DNA of 64,000 bases from a virus (IMGVR_UViG_3300031994_000058:1-64000), one strand, 5' to 3'; positions 1-10,296 are shown, counted from the stretch's first letter. Program-made: numbers and translations. The notes: generated by a model not told the origin, from the letters alone.

Positions 1-18
1 GCACTTTCGAAACAAAAA

Positions 19-356
19 TAAGCGTGTAAGTATTGGACCATTTTGGATTTTTAAAAATGGTCCATTTTTAGCAAAACTGGTCCATTTTTGGCATTTTTAG
101 GCCATTTTACTTACACGCTTAATTAAGCGTGTAAGCATATTGGCCATTTTTGGCATTAAGCGTGTAAGTATTTTTTTAAAAATGGTCCAATACTTACACG
201 CTTAATTGCCTTTTACTTACACGCTTAAGCCCTTTTTTGCCATTTTACTTACACGCTTAAGCCCTTTTTTGCCATTTTACTTACACGCTTAAGCCCTTTT
301 TTGCCACCCTTGGACCGTTTTACTTACACGCTTAATCCTTTTACTTACACGCTTAA
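19..356. repeat. Cluster of 10 copies of the 14-15-mer TACTTACACGCTTAA in both orientations; putative replication-origin iterons
   Basis: Forward copies at 108, 191, 214, 246, 278, 321, 342; reverse copies at 19, 123, 156; three copies at 32-bp period (214/246/278); 110-135 is a perfect palindrome; non-coding and T-rich. Confidence 0.9.
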
Positions 357-601
357 CCGCTTTTTCCACGCCTCTTACACCCGCAAGAGTAGCATCGACC
401 ATACCGTAAATGGTCTTCTCGACGTATAATGCGCTCCCCACAGAACAAACATTGACAAACATAATAGCAATGATAGCCCTTTCTTTGAACCGGATTCGTT
501 GCTTTGTAAAGCACTTTTAACATCCCGATTTGCTGTCCCGTAAGGTCCTCGGTTGACCGTTTTCCCATGACCTCGCAACCTCCTACAATCATCATTTGCA
601 A
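353..601 (-). CDS. Small Cys-rich protein resembling the N-terminal Zn-binding module of phage AP2/HNH endonucleases
   Basis: DLTGQQIG..L.V...C.C..CG....L..G...SCGC pattern; no nuclease domain follows; likely start is MGKRS. Confidence 0.6.
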   Translation of the reverse strand: MQMMIVGGCEVMGKRSTEDLTGQQIGMLKVLYKATNPVQRKGYHCYYVCQCLFCGERIIRREDHLRYGRCYSCGCKRRGKSG

Positions 602-997
602 CGAAGAGTCACAATAGTATGTTCAAGTTTCTCAATCTTCTCGAGATATCTATGACACAACTTCTCGGTGGTATCACGCTGCATATCAGATGCATTTTTA
701 GCCCAAATAAAGTACACGAGAGCACCGGCCAAAGCCCCACAAACAACACATAAAATATAAAAGCCAACCTCAAAATTCATCGGTCATACACCTTTCTTTT
801 CATCGTTTTTCATCTTCTCAAGCCTTGAAAGTTCATCTGCAAACCAGGCTCGCTTGCCCTCATTATCCCAGTTTCGCATGCCAGTACCGTTCTCAATAAA
901 CATACCAGTTAAATACTCTCGCTTACAATATTCACTCCAAGCATCCTTGAGAGCCAGGATCTGTAAATCAATACTTTTCTCCCATTCGTAACTACCT

Positions 998-1306
998 TTA
1001 ACCATTGATATCGACCTCACTTTCTAATTGAATATGTTCTCCGCATTCCGGACAAGTCGTACTAATGCACTTAATATAATCCATCTCTTCATGCGAAAAA
1101 CGCTCATTTAAATATACATCATCGATCTTCTCAATACAAAATATGCAATGGCATTTCGGACAATGTACTATCCGGTTCTCAACCAGAGAAAAATATATAC
1201 CATGTTTTAAAATCTTCATAAAATACCTCCGAAAAATATAAAGAGGCCGTGCAACATTTGTCGCACAAGCCTCTTTAACATTATAAGCCGTTCTTATACT
1301 CCTCAC
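998..1306 (-). CDS. Zn-ribbon protein (likely start MKILKHG)
   Basis: CPKCHC...CPECG motifs; similar layout to 18700..18915. Confidence 0.6.
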   Translation of the reverse strand: MRSIRTAYNVKEACATNVARPLYIFRRYFMKILKHGIYFSLVENRIVHCPKCHCIFCIEKIDDVYLNERFSHEEMDYIKCISTTCPECGEHIQLESEVDING

Positions 1307-2103
1307 AAATGATCTGGTACCATTGGTCGAAAGTTTTAATCTCGAAGCCAGGAATATTGAGTTTCATTTTATCATACCCTACAATTCTGAGTGGTGCTAT
1401 AAGACATGTCGAATACACATAAGCGACACCAACAATACCAAACTGCCTCTCCCATGGACGTCGATTGTGTCCAATTGCATCCATTAGAATCGCCGGTATC
1501 ATAGCCACCAAGCATACGATCGTACATGGTATATACCACGCAACAAATAGGGCTTTAAACCCAAATTCACCGATCTTAAACATAACCTCAACAAAAGCAT
1601 TCATAAAATTATTCATAAGAACACCTCCTTATTAAGGTGCGTGTTTCATTTGCGAGAGAAAATATAAAAGAAAAAGCGAGAAGGTCACTCCTCGCCACGA
1701 TTCTCGTCAGCCTTTCTGAACTCTTCAAACCAAAACGCGTCGAGTTCGTCCATTGTTGTCTTAGCAAACTCGTCGCTTGGCTTGATTTTCAGATAATTCT
1801 GAGTTGTCTTATCAATCGTATCAGTAATCTTCTCGCTGCTTCTTATCTCTCTGAATCCTCTCATAATATTACCTCCTTTTATGACAAACGGATTCAATTC
1901 TTTCTATAAGAAGCCTTGAAAATGTTGTGAATCACTCCTTCATCTGAGAATATAATTCGTCGATTTCGTTCAAAAACATCTCTTTTTCTTCCGTAAGTAT
2001 AGCTAAGCGCCGCTCCCATTCTCCAATCTCAGTCTCGCAAGTGGAAATTTGCTTCGAATTTAGCTCCAATTTCCTTGAAATTTCGACAATTTTCTCAATA
2101 ATA

Positions 2104-2493
2104 TCATTTTTGCCCGATTCTTCCATAGAAATCTACCTCTTTTATCCCAATGTTTCCTATAATATCTCGTCGAATGTCCCTGTAAACTGCAAAAATGTGC
2201 TCCTGGAAGGCAAAAAAGTCATAAGATGTGCGATGTTCGTCTAAAAATCTTAGCAAATCCTCGACATCAGCCCATCTTTTATGTCCTTCTCGCCATCCTT
2301 TAACCTTTCCTCGAGAAATCCAAGTGTAAATCAGTGCTCGCCCAACGCCAAGAATCTCAGAAGCCTTCGGAACACTGATTCCACGGATAAAAATATCAAT
2401 GGAGGGGACAAGAAGCCACTCATCCCGTGACGAAACGTACCATTTTGTTTCAAATTCAATGTTATAATCATGATTTTGACTGAAATTTATCAT
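2104..2493 (-). CDS. Excisionase-like helix-turn-helix (HTH_17) DNA-binding protein
   Basis: ISVPKASEILGVGRALIYTWISRGKVKG...RWADVEDL pattern. Confidence 0.75.
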   Translation of the reverse strand: MINFSQNHDYNIEFETKWYVSSRDEWLLVPSIDIFIRGISVPKASEILGVGRALIYTWISRGKVKGWREGHKRWADVEDLLRFLDEHRTSYDFFAFQEHIFAVYRDIRRDIIGNIGIKEVDFYGRIGQK

Positions 2494-2712
2494 ATTTTTT
2501 ACTCCGTCTACATAAAATCACTTCGATTTGTGCAATATCAGGCGTCTTTTCAAGTCCCAATTCTCAGTTTCGAGTGCATCTTTCTCTTTGAAGACCTTCC
2601 AAAGCGTAATTTCATCCGAAATAAGCCAAATGACAAGCCCCAAAACCGCCAAACCAAGCATAATTTTCACAAACATACCGAATTTGCCTCCAATTTCTAC
2701 ACAAAATATCAA

Positions 2713-3291
2713 TTAATCGATGACGCCAAGCCGAATATTCTCGCTTAGCCACCACATAGCTTGTCTCCAAAGGTCCACGGATCGCATATCGGCATCATCA
2801 GGACGCCTATCTACCTGAAAAATGCCTCCCTCACCGTCAGAATCGTACTCTCTATACACAATTTGCTCCACTTTTTGCTCACAAAACAGCTCCCAATCAC
2901 GATTCCAGACCCCATCAGTCGCTCGACTAAGCCCAATATTGTCGATAAATATCCAAAACCAATCGAGATGACGGTCTCCATATCGCTCCTCCCACATCAC
3001 TTTATCGTCGATTTTAACAGCTAGAGCCATCAAAACCTCCAAAAAGCTCACTCCGTCGGTCCTTCCACACGATTTCACAACGCCAGAGTGGGTGTCAACG
3101 AACGTTTTTCTCAAATCAAGTCCCTCGACAACCCTTGAAGAGTCATCCGGACCGTTTTCCAACCCGACAAACCCGAGTGTAAAGAGCTTCCAGAGCAGTT
3201 TTCTATAATATAGGCCTCTAAACTCCGCCACAAGCCACTCGAAATATAATAAAACGTCATGATCAAAGCCATAATCCATATAATCTTCCAA
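2713..3291 (-). CDS. Conserved phage hypothetical protein
   Basis: 192-aa ORF with strong RBS; YFEWL...DGLDLR...SFLEVLMALA...WFW motif set typical of a core phage family; function unknown. Confidence 0.6.
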   Translation of the reverse strand: MEDYMDYGFDHDVLLYFEWLVAEFRGLYYRKLLWKLFTLGFVGLENGPDDSSRVVEGLDLRKTFVDTHSGVVKSCGRTDGVSFLEVLMALAVKIDDKVMWEERYGDRHLDWFWIFIDNIGLSRATDGVWNRDWELFCEQKVEQIVYREYDSDGEGGIFQVDRRPDDADMRSVDLWRQAMWWLSENIRLGVID

Positions 3292-3328
3292 TAAAATAAC
3301 CTCCTTAGAGTAGAAAAAAAATAAAGGA

Positions 3329-3346
3329 GGAGCCTGTTAAGACTCC
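3329..3346 (-). terminator. Intrinsic terminator family GGAGTC/GGGCTC-TTAA(A)CA-GGCTCC/GGGCCC + U tract (7 copies)
   Basis: Copies at about 3329, 5616, 14482, 15159, 28934, 40501, 41297; conserved loop; followed on the minus strand by T-rich runs. Confidence 0.8.
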
Positions 3347-3626
3347 TCATAGTACCTCGCCGCCATCTTGGAAACCCAAGACAGTGCCTCATCGAGGCTG
3401 TTGAATATCTTCTCTTTACCGCTCCAAACGTCTGGCTTTGTCTTCAAACGCCGGCAAATCTTAGCAATATATCCAATATCAACAGCCTTTTCAATTCCTG
3501 CCTTGAAATCATAAGCATCAAGATTCATAATAGTTTTCATAAAATCTCCTCCTTTAATATCCAGGGATACAAGCCATTTGCTTCATTCCCTTCTATTAAG
3601 AGGACTGAAAATAATGCGAATACACC

Positions 3627-3751
3627 CCTCCAGAAGCCCTCAGAATGCCCTGTATGACGCTTAGGAGGTACACCAGCAAACAACCCGCCCAACGTGCTGG
3701 AACGCCATACAGAGCCTTCTGAGAGCTCCTAGAGGCATTGTAGAAGCCCTC
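3627..3751 (-). ncRNA. Long-hairpin structured RNA (35-bp stem, inner hairpin, alternative 5' hairpin)
   Basis: 3735-3701 pairs with 3627-3661 at 34/35 positions including 6 G.U pairs that only work on the minus strand; inner stem CCAGCA/TGCTGG; no ORF in 3541-3761. Confidence 0.75.
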
Positions 3752-3761
3752 TCATTAGTAT

Positions 3762-4148
3762 TTAGTCATCAATCAGACCAGATTTCGTGTGTTCATTCAA
3801 ATCCATAATGGCCTGGGCTTCCTTGAGTCTCGGATCGACGCTCATCATAGACATCACAGCATCATGAATCGCATCACCGTCAACCTCCACAACAGGCCCT
3901 TCTTCAACGGGCTCCATAATCTCTCCAGTACCATCTGACTCCTTTTCAGCATTAAGGGTGTCATCGAACTCCACCGCCTCGATAAGCCAATACGCATCGC
4001 CGAACGCTTTCTTAGCGTCGAATTCGCCACAAACTTCATAAACTCGCTTCACGCCACTAATCGCTGACTTGAATTTGAAGTGGTTCTTAAGAAGGTAGTT
4101 CTCAAGTGCCATGATGCCCTGCTCGTGGTTCAAAATCGTAATAATCAT
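3762..4148 (-). CDS. Hypothetical protein
   Basis: 128-aa acidic ORF with RBS. Confidence 0.6.
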   Translation of the reverse strand: MIITILNHEQGIMALENYLLKNHFKFKSAISGVKRVYEVCGEFDAKKAFGDAYWLIEAVEFDDTLNAEKESDGTGEIMEPVEEGPVVEVDGDAIHDAVMSMMSVDPRLKEAQAIMDLNEHTKSGLIDD

Positions 4149-4166
4149 ATTATTCCTCCTAAAAGT

Positions 4167-4916
4167 TCATAAATTATCAAGTTCTTCGTCGTTTTCGCCG
4201 AATTCATAACGATGCCATACACCATCTCTCGGAGGGCCTGCCGTATGTCTGTGTTCATTCATACCGCTACCTATCGATTTAAACAGCATATACACCTCTT
4301 TCAAATCATCGTTTTGAATATAAAGGGGATCCGGTGCTTCTTCGACCAGGACATCCATCATACCTTTGCCAAGATAAACCCAAGCATCTGATTGCTCAGC
4401 GAAGAGTGTGCCATCAACGTTATATACGTCTCTAGTCTCGTCATCGAAATATAATTCATATCCTCGATAATCGAAGACTGATTCGCACATTTGATAATAC
4501 TCGTCTTCCGAAATATAATACGGATGGTCGACATATGGTCTGGTCTTGATGCCTCTAGCATCCTTATCCGCCTTTACTTCCCGTTCTTTCTCCTTTGCAT
4601 CACGATATCGAGTGAGTGTGATACCGGAATAAGTCGCTTCACTCTTATACTGTTCTCGATATGCATCGATATAAGCCTGACAAACGGCCTCGTCTTCTGG
4701 AGAAATATTATTCTTGTCCTTGCTCGTATCTTCGTCGACGTCCTTTTTCTCATCCTCGAAAAGATCCTCGCCTCGAATATACGCTGCTTTGATTTCCTCC
4801 ACCTCATCGTAGTATTTGTCCTCCCAGCGCTCTTTTTGAATTTTATACGCAGCGACACCACCGACAATTGCTCCGACAACAAGCCCTATCAAACCTTTAA
4901 TCGTCCCGCTATTCAT
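4167..4916 (-). CDS. Membrane-anchored acidic protein, paralog of 4934..5716
   Basis: N-terminal hydrophobic helix GLIGLVVGAIVGGVAAY; C-terminal YYISEDEYY...PLYIQNDDLKEVY domain. Confidence 0.7.
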   Translation of the reverse strand: MNSGTIKGLIGLVVGAIVGGVAAYKIQKERWEDKYYDEVEEIKAAYIRGEDLFEDEKKDVDEDTSKDKNNISPEDEAVCQAYIDAYREQYKSEATYSGITLTRYRDAKEKEREVKADKDARGIKTRPYVDHPYYISEDEYYQMCESVFDYRGYELYFDDETRDVYNVDGTLFAEQSDAWVYLGKGMMDVLVEEAPDPLYIQNDDLKEVYMLFKSIGSGMNEHRHTAGPPRDGVWHRYEFGENDEELDNL

Positions 4917-4933
4917 AAAATATAATACCTCCC

Positions 4934-5571
4934 TTACCCCTCGATATCGATAGAATAAAGCTCCTTTAGATCATCATTTCGAATATAAACAGGTTCCTTA
5001 GCCTTCTGAATTTCATTGTAAAGATCCCAACCAAAAGCTGTCTGAGGATCCACGAATGCATCACCATTCTCATGGAACAGCTCCTTATCGTCTGCCGAAA
5101 GAAACAGTTCATATGTCTTATATCCGACTGGAATGTTATCGGAATAATACTCGTCTTCCGAAATATAATAAGCGTTTACTTTCATACCTTTCTTATCCTC
5201 CTTCAAAGATTCTTCAGTATCGCTCCTATCGCTAGATGTATAGTCGCGAGTCAGAGCCGAATAGTTTGTCTTTCTTGTATCAACAGGTCTTTTGAGTTTG
5301 TCCTCCGAATTCGTGGTAGGCGTCGTGGGGGTTGTGGGAGGTTCTGAAATATCGTCCTTACTGCTCTCTCTCATTGCCTTCGACGCCTCGAGAACAGACT
5401 CCGGAATATCATTACTCTCTTCTACCTTTTTACCATCGAGAGATTTCTTGTAATCCTCAATCTCCTTCAGAAACTGCGCGGATAGCTTCTTATCCTGGTA
5501 AAGCCACACAGAGACGCCCGATATAGCAGCACCAACCACAAATCCAATTACGCCTTTGATATTGTCATTCA
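4934..5571 (-). CDS. Membrane-anchored acidic protein, paralog of 4167..4916 (start taken at MNDNIKG)
   Basis: GVIGFVVGAAISGVSVW helix; YYISEDEYY...PVYIRNDDLKELY domain; AAGGAGG RBS upstream of this ATG. Confidence 0.7.
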
Positions 5572-6975
5572 TCACTATTTCCTCCTTGTGATTTAAAATA
5601 TAAAAGAAAAAAGGAGGAGCCTTGTTAAGACTCCTTATCCTCGCTTTCTCTGATTTCGAACAACGCCGTAGTAAACCCCTTAGCATTCTCGAGCTGATCC
5701 TCGTCGAAGTATGCAAGTCCAGTTGTTCTCCATCGAAGGAACCCCTTCTTCTGAATTACCACCATGTACTTGTACTTCGGATCATTCTCAAGCTCCATGA
5801 GTTTAACTCTATGTCGCTCATTCTCACAGATTTTAATAATATTGTTCATAACAAACCCTCCTTTTCTATAAAGAGAGCTGCATGAATTGCGAAAAGAAAA
5901 AGGGAAGGGCCTCATGCCCCTCTCCTTTCTACAACCACTTGATAGCGATCATATGCAAGATTGTGCTGGATCCAGGTGTCATAATTTTTGTCATCGTACT
6001 TCTTGCAGCATTCCTCGAAATACTTATGCGCATCTTCTGCGTCTATAAAGTATTTCTGAATAATGCAATGCTTAAGCCCGAAAACTTTTTTCACCTTATT
6101 CATCCAATTCATTTCATTCTTAAACATAAAATCAACCTCCTTAAAGTTGTGTGTATTCTTTCTATTAAGGAGATTGAAAATGTTGCGAGGCTCTACAAAC
6201 ATCATTCTCCGGGCTTCTTAAGGCTTAGTCGGCCTTTATCGTGCAGCTCCCAGAGAAGATTCTCAAGAGCCTCACGACCTTTCTCATCTGTATAAATGTT
6301 GCGCTCACAAGCTTTGCAATATCTCTGCCCAACATTGATGAGTTTCCCGCAACCTTTACAGATGTTATACTCAAGTTCCATCATTTCCATAAGATTCCTC
6401 CTTATCATCGCCAAGCAAAATATAATATTTCGCCAAAGCAAATCCGCCCCAGCATCCGCCAAAAAGCAAAGTGAGGCCGGCGAATATTGCACAACACCAC
6501 AGCCATACGATTTTTTCGGCGTCTCCATCTATATACACAAGCTTACCATACAAAAAACTGATAAGCGTCAAAAATTCACCGCAACTAGTCAAGAAACCAG
6601 CCTTAAATATCAAGTTGTTAATTTTCTCTATAACCGTCATGTTGTCCTCCTATGAAAAAGAAAGGGAAGAGGCACAACGCCTCACTCCCATGGATCCTCA
6701 CCAAATATGCCGTAGAAGGTATATTCAATGATGTAAAACAAGATTGCCACGACTGCAATAAACAGCATAATGCCTGCTGTCATATCAAATGCGCTAGTCT
6801 CAGCCAATCGCCCCGCCAAAGCACAAGCGATGAATCCGATACTACCGATTTTGATTCCTGTATTTGCTGCTTTATGCAGTCGCTTCATTATTCCATACAT
6901 TGTTTTCATAATATCATCCTCCTAAATATAATTTTGGTTTTCACCTATAAAGGGAGATGATTATTATGCGAGGGT

Positions 6976-7393
6976 TTATGTCTCGTCCCCGCTCAGAATA
7001 TCAAGCTCCTTCTGAAGCTCTTCAAGAGACTTACCCCTGAGTGCGTCGTCCTCCTTCTGAGCCATGATGCTCATAATCTTCTGCATCTTCTGCTGCTTCT
7101 CGAGCCTTCTCGAATGTTTCCTTTTTGTCGTTGAAGATCTCCTTGACAATATCCATAGAAATCTTGAGACGCTGAGCCTCTTCCGAGTTTGTCTTGTCAG
7201 TGTCAATAAGGCTGTCGCAGTCATCGCCTACAATCTTGTAATAGGCGCTACCGAGAGTCTTGTAGATAATATCAAGATCCTCCATACGCAGCTTAAAGAG
7301 ATCCTCAACAGTAATGTTACCGCGGTAAGGAAATCTCAGAGCGTTCTGAGCAGCGTACTTGAAAACATCCATCTTTTCAGTCTTCTTAGTCAT
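6976..7393 (-). pseudogene. Frameshifted coiled-coil phage protein (partner gene next to RNA ligase)
   Basis: 7031..7393 gives LRFPYRGNITVEDL...; the expected C-terminus QKIMSIMAQKEDDALRGKSLEELQKELDIL is in another frame (6976..7224); switch at the GCAGAAGAT tandem repeat near 7075-7095. Confidence 0.7.
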
Positions 7394-7415
7394 AATTACT
7401 TTCCTCCATTAGTCT

Positions 7416-8054
7416 TTACTTCGCGAAATCGCACGCCTTAATCTTAACAACGAGACGGTTGCCGAGTCGATCAAACAAATCATTTTCTGGTTTAGCTACC
7501 ACACCTTCCATAGGAGCCTTGCCGATTGTACTCATTGGTCTAGCTTTGACATATTCAACCGCTTCTGGTAAAGTCATTATTCCAAGAATAGGTACTGTTT
7601 CCACGCCAAAGCAGGTAGCGATATCTTCCACTGAGTCGCGCTTAATCCATACATCGCCGACCATAACATCGAACATGATAAATGATACATCATCCGGCCG
7701 ATACAGTGAACCATTCTTCTGAATCTTTTTGCCGTATCCTTCGCCATATAATGTAACAGTACAGCTTCCAAATTTCTGTTCGAATAATTCCTCGGCCTCT
7801 AATGTACAAAATGTCGAGTTTAGATAGTTAACCAAGTCGGACGGAATCTGGGCGCGATCGGTTCTACCGGCAAGTTCTACTCTGTGACCATCCCAGTGAA
7901 TACGAATATTGGTACCATCGATCTTTTCTGTGATAATCCACGGAATATTCCTTAGCATTTCTACAGTCTCGTTACGATAATCGCCTTCAATGAGCTTTTT
8001 GGTACCGGTAACGTCGCGGTTAAAAATAGTTTCGATTTTATGATACTCTCTCAT
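7416..8054 (-). CDS. ATP-dependent RNA ligase family (Rnl2-like nucleotidyltransferase domain)
   Basis: Motif I EKIDGTN, motif III LYGE, IIIa FDV, IV EGVV, V KIK. Confidence 0.8.
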   Translation of the reverse strand: MREYHKIETIFNRDVTGTKKLIEGDYRNETVEMLRNIPWIITEKIDGTNIRIHWDGHRVELAGRTDRAQIPSDLVNYLNSTFCTLEAEELFEQKFGSCTVTLYGEGYGKKIQKNGSLYRPDDVSFIMFDVMVGDVWIKRDSVEDIATCFGVETVPILGIMTLPEAVEYVKARPMSTIGKAPMEGVVAKPENDLFDRLGNRLVVKIKACDFAK

Positions 8055-8076
8055 CGCTTTTCATTACCTCCATTAA

Positions 8077-10170
8077 TTAAAACTTGATTCTATATACCTT
8101 CGTATCGGTATCATTTGTAACCTTGACAACAAGTTCTGCCCGTCTATCAAGTGCAAAGCCCAGACCAGAAAGCTGATCATCGGTGCTTTCAACTCTCATT
8201 TGTCCACCCAGAGCTTCCATAACTTTACGATGGTTGTAAAGATCCGACACGAGGTATTCATTATACATACCACTGGGATTCTCATCGCTGATGCAATCTT
8301 TCAACATAAACATCAGATGCTTATGTCCGCAAGGATTTTCGCAAGCAGCCCAGTAGTTGGGAGAATAACAAACAGCCGATACCGGAACGAACTTATTAGT
8401 GGGTACATTCCAGATAGTGCGGGCGGATTCTCCATCTTCGGGAATGATATGCCTGATTGTAAATGCTCCATTAGCATAGAGGAATACATCTGCCACAACA
8501 ATCATCTCGTCTGTCTTCATCGGCTTGTTGTAGTCGTACTTGAAGATTCGCCCATCGTACTCAATCTCAGCTCTGAAACCTTTAAGTGCGGATCCAGAAT
8601 ACTGATGAACGCCGAATATATAATGACCAGGTTTCATACGAGTACGGTCTTCAAACGTGATGTTCTCAACAGCGATCTCACCATTAGGTCTGATAATATC
8701 CACGTCAAGTTGACCACCGTTCAGTGAGACTTTAGGCGCCCTGTAGGTTCTAAAGTAAATTTCCCGACCATTAGCCTCAACACAGTGAGCATCAAGGTCA
8801 CAATTATCATGACCGTTCTCATTCCACTGAATAGAGAATCTAAGGTCGCCGGTTACGCTACCGCCTGCTGCTTTTACTCTCGCCTTCATGTCACTGTCAG
8901 CAAGGTTGCCAGCGTATGCCCAGGAGAAGCTGTTCCCCCACTTAAACATAGACTTGGATTCACCGTTTACCGGAGCGATAAGCGACACAAGATTTCTTGC
9001 ATGCTTATTCTCAAAGTACGCTTCAATACTGCGAGCAGAGGGAAGAATGTCATTGACGAACTCCTCAGCAGATACTTCAGGGACATTGTCGAAGTTCTTT
9101 GCTTTACCGACAGGCTTTACCGAGGTCATGCCAGAGAGAATATCAAACACGTCCTTAGAATCCTTCATACGCTCTACAGAATCTCTGTCTGCAAACAGTA
9201 CATCATTCACCGAAATATCATCCAATTTAGCGAATCGTCTAGGCAGAGAATCCAAATAGCCAAGATCTGAAATGGTCTTCTTGGCCTCTTCCAGCATCTT
9301 CTTTGTAAAGATGGGTTTTGGACGGCGATAGTTCGTAGGTGCCGTAACAACTTCATAATGTCTCACAGCTTCCTCAACATCCATACCCTTAGACAGGTCA
9401 ACGAGAAGAGTACCGATGGCCGTATTGCGAATTCTGCATACATTAAACCCTGCCTTTACAGAGTTTTCCCAAGCGAATTTCTCAAGTGACTCATAGTGTT
9501 CAAAAGCCACAGTGTAGGCAATCTTATAATCTCTAAACGCCGTTACCATCTTGTAGTAAGTATCGCCTTGATACAGATTATTAGACTCACAAAGATCAAT
9601 AACCGTATCAATAGCGTCCATGTCGATTTCTCGAAGTGCTCGCTCAAACACCTCCATGCCTGTCTTATAGTCGTTGAGCTTGGCGTTTCTTGAGACAGAA
9701 TCCTTGATCACATATCTTTCAGGAAGTTCGAGATAGAAGTGATTAAACTCGTGTCTCTCGCCGTCATCATAAAGTGCAAAGTTATGATGCACTCCGATCT
9801 TAGCCTCCCTTGAAAGGAAGACATTCTCAATACCGTCGGTAGTAGCTCTCGACCGCACATATTCGGCCATGTTATACGCCATTCTGCCATAATCCGGATC
9901 AGGATACGCTTCGGGAATATCCCAAATAGTTTCAATCAGTCCATCCTTAATTGTCACAACATTACCGATTTGCTTGATAAAATGTCTGCAGCAAGAACAG
10001 TCGTATTCTCGTCTTACACGAAAGATTGGATTCTGCTCATCGGTGAAAGAATTAAGATACGTTTCCCACATCTCATCCTTGTCCACCAGTACTTCAAATA
10101 ACGGCGCTCCGTCAGACACCATTTTGTTAAAGTGCTCGATAATCTTATTTCTCATTTCTACAAAGGTCAT
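8077..10170 (-). CDS. Large conserved phage protein with DCSCC motif and a YfaP/TerD-like beta domain
   Basis: 697 aa; YDCSCCRHFIK; GTLLVDLS...APTNYRRP; DLRFSIQW...DLDAHC...GGQLDVD...AVENITF. Confidence 0.6.
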   Translation of the reverse strand: MTFVEMRNKIIEHFNKMVSDGAPLFEVLVDKDEMWETYLNSFTDEQNPIFRVRREYDCSCCRHFIKQIGNVVTIKDGLIETIWDIPEAYPDPDYGRMAYNMAEYVRSRATTDGIENVFLSREAKIGVHHNFALYDDGERHEFNHFYLELPERYVIKDSVSRNAKLNDYKTGMEVFERALREIDMDAIDTVIDLCESNNLYQGDTYYKMVTAFRDYKIAYTVAFEHYESLEKFAWENSVKAGFNVCRIRNTAIGTLLVDLSKGMDVEEAVRHYEVVTAPTNYRRPKPIFTKKMLEEAKKTISDLGYLDSLPRRFAKLDDISVNDVLFADRDSVERMKDSKDVFDILSGMTSVKPVGKAKNFDNVPEVSAEEFVNDILPSARSIEAYFENKHARNLVSLIAPVNGESKSMFKWGNSFSWAYAGNLADSDMKARVKAAGGSVTGDLRFSIQWNENGHDNCDLDAHCVEANGREIYFRTYRAPKVSLNGGQLDVDIIRPNGEIAVENITFEDRTRMKPGHYIFGVHQYSGSALKGFRAEIEYDGRIFKYDYNKPMKTDEMIVVADVFLYANGAFTIRHIIPEDGESARTIWNVPTNKFVPVSAVCYSPNYWAACENPCGHKHLMFMLKDCISDENPSGMYNEYLVSDLYNHRKVMEALGGQMRVESTDDQLSGLGFALDRRAELVVKVTNDTDTKVYRIKF

Positions 10171-10296
10171 GACATTTCCTCCTTTTAATTCAGTCCGTGT
10201 CCTTTTTAAAACCTAAAATATAAAGACAAACCGAAAAAGAGGCTCTATGTTCTGCGCGCATAGAATATAAAACCCCAAATCGGTTCGTCTTATTGT

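Noticed and set aside
19-356. CRISPR or mini-array interpretation of the 15-mer repeats
   Set aside because: Repeats are short, in both orientations, with irregular and partly identical spacers; no cas genes
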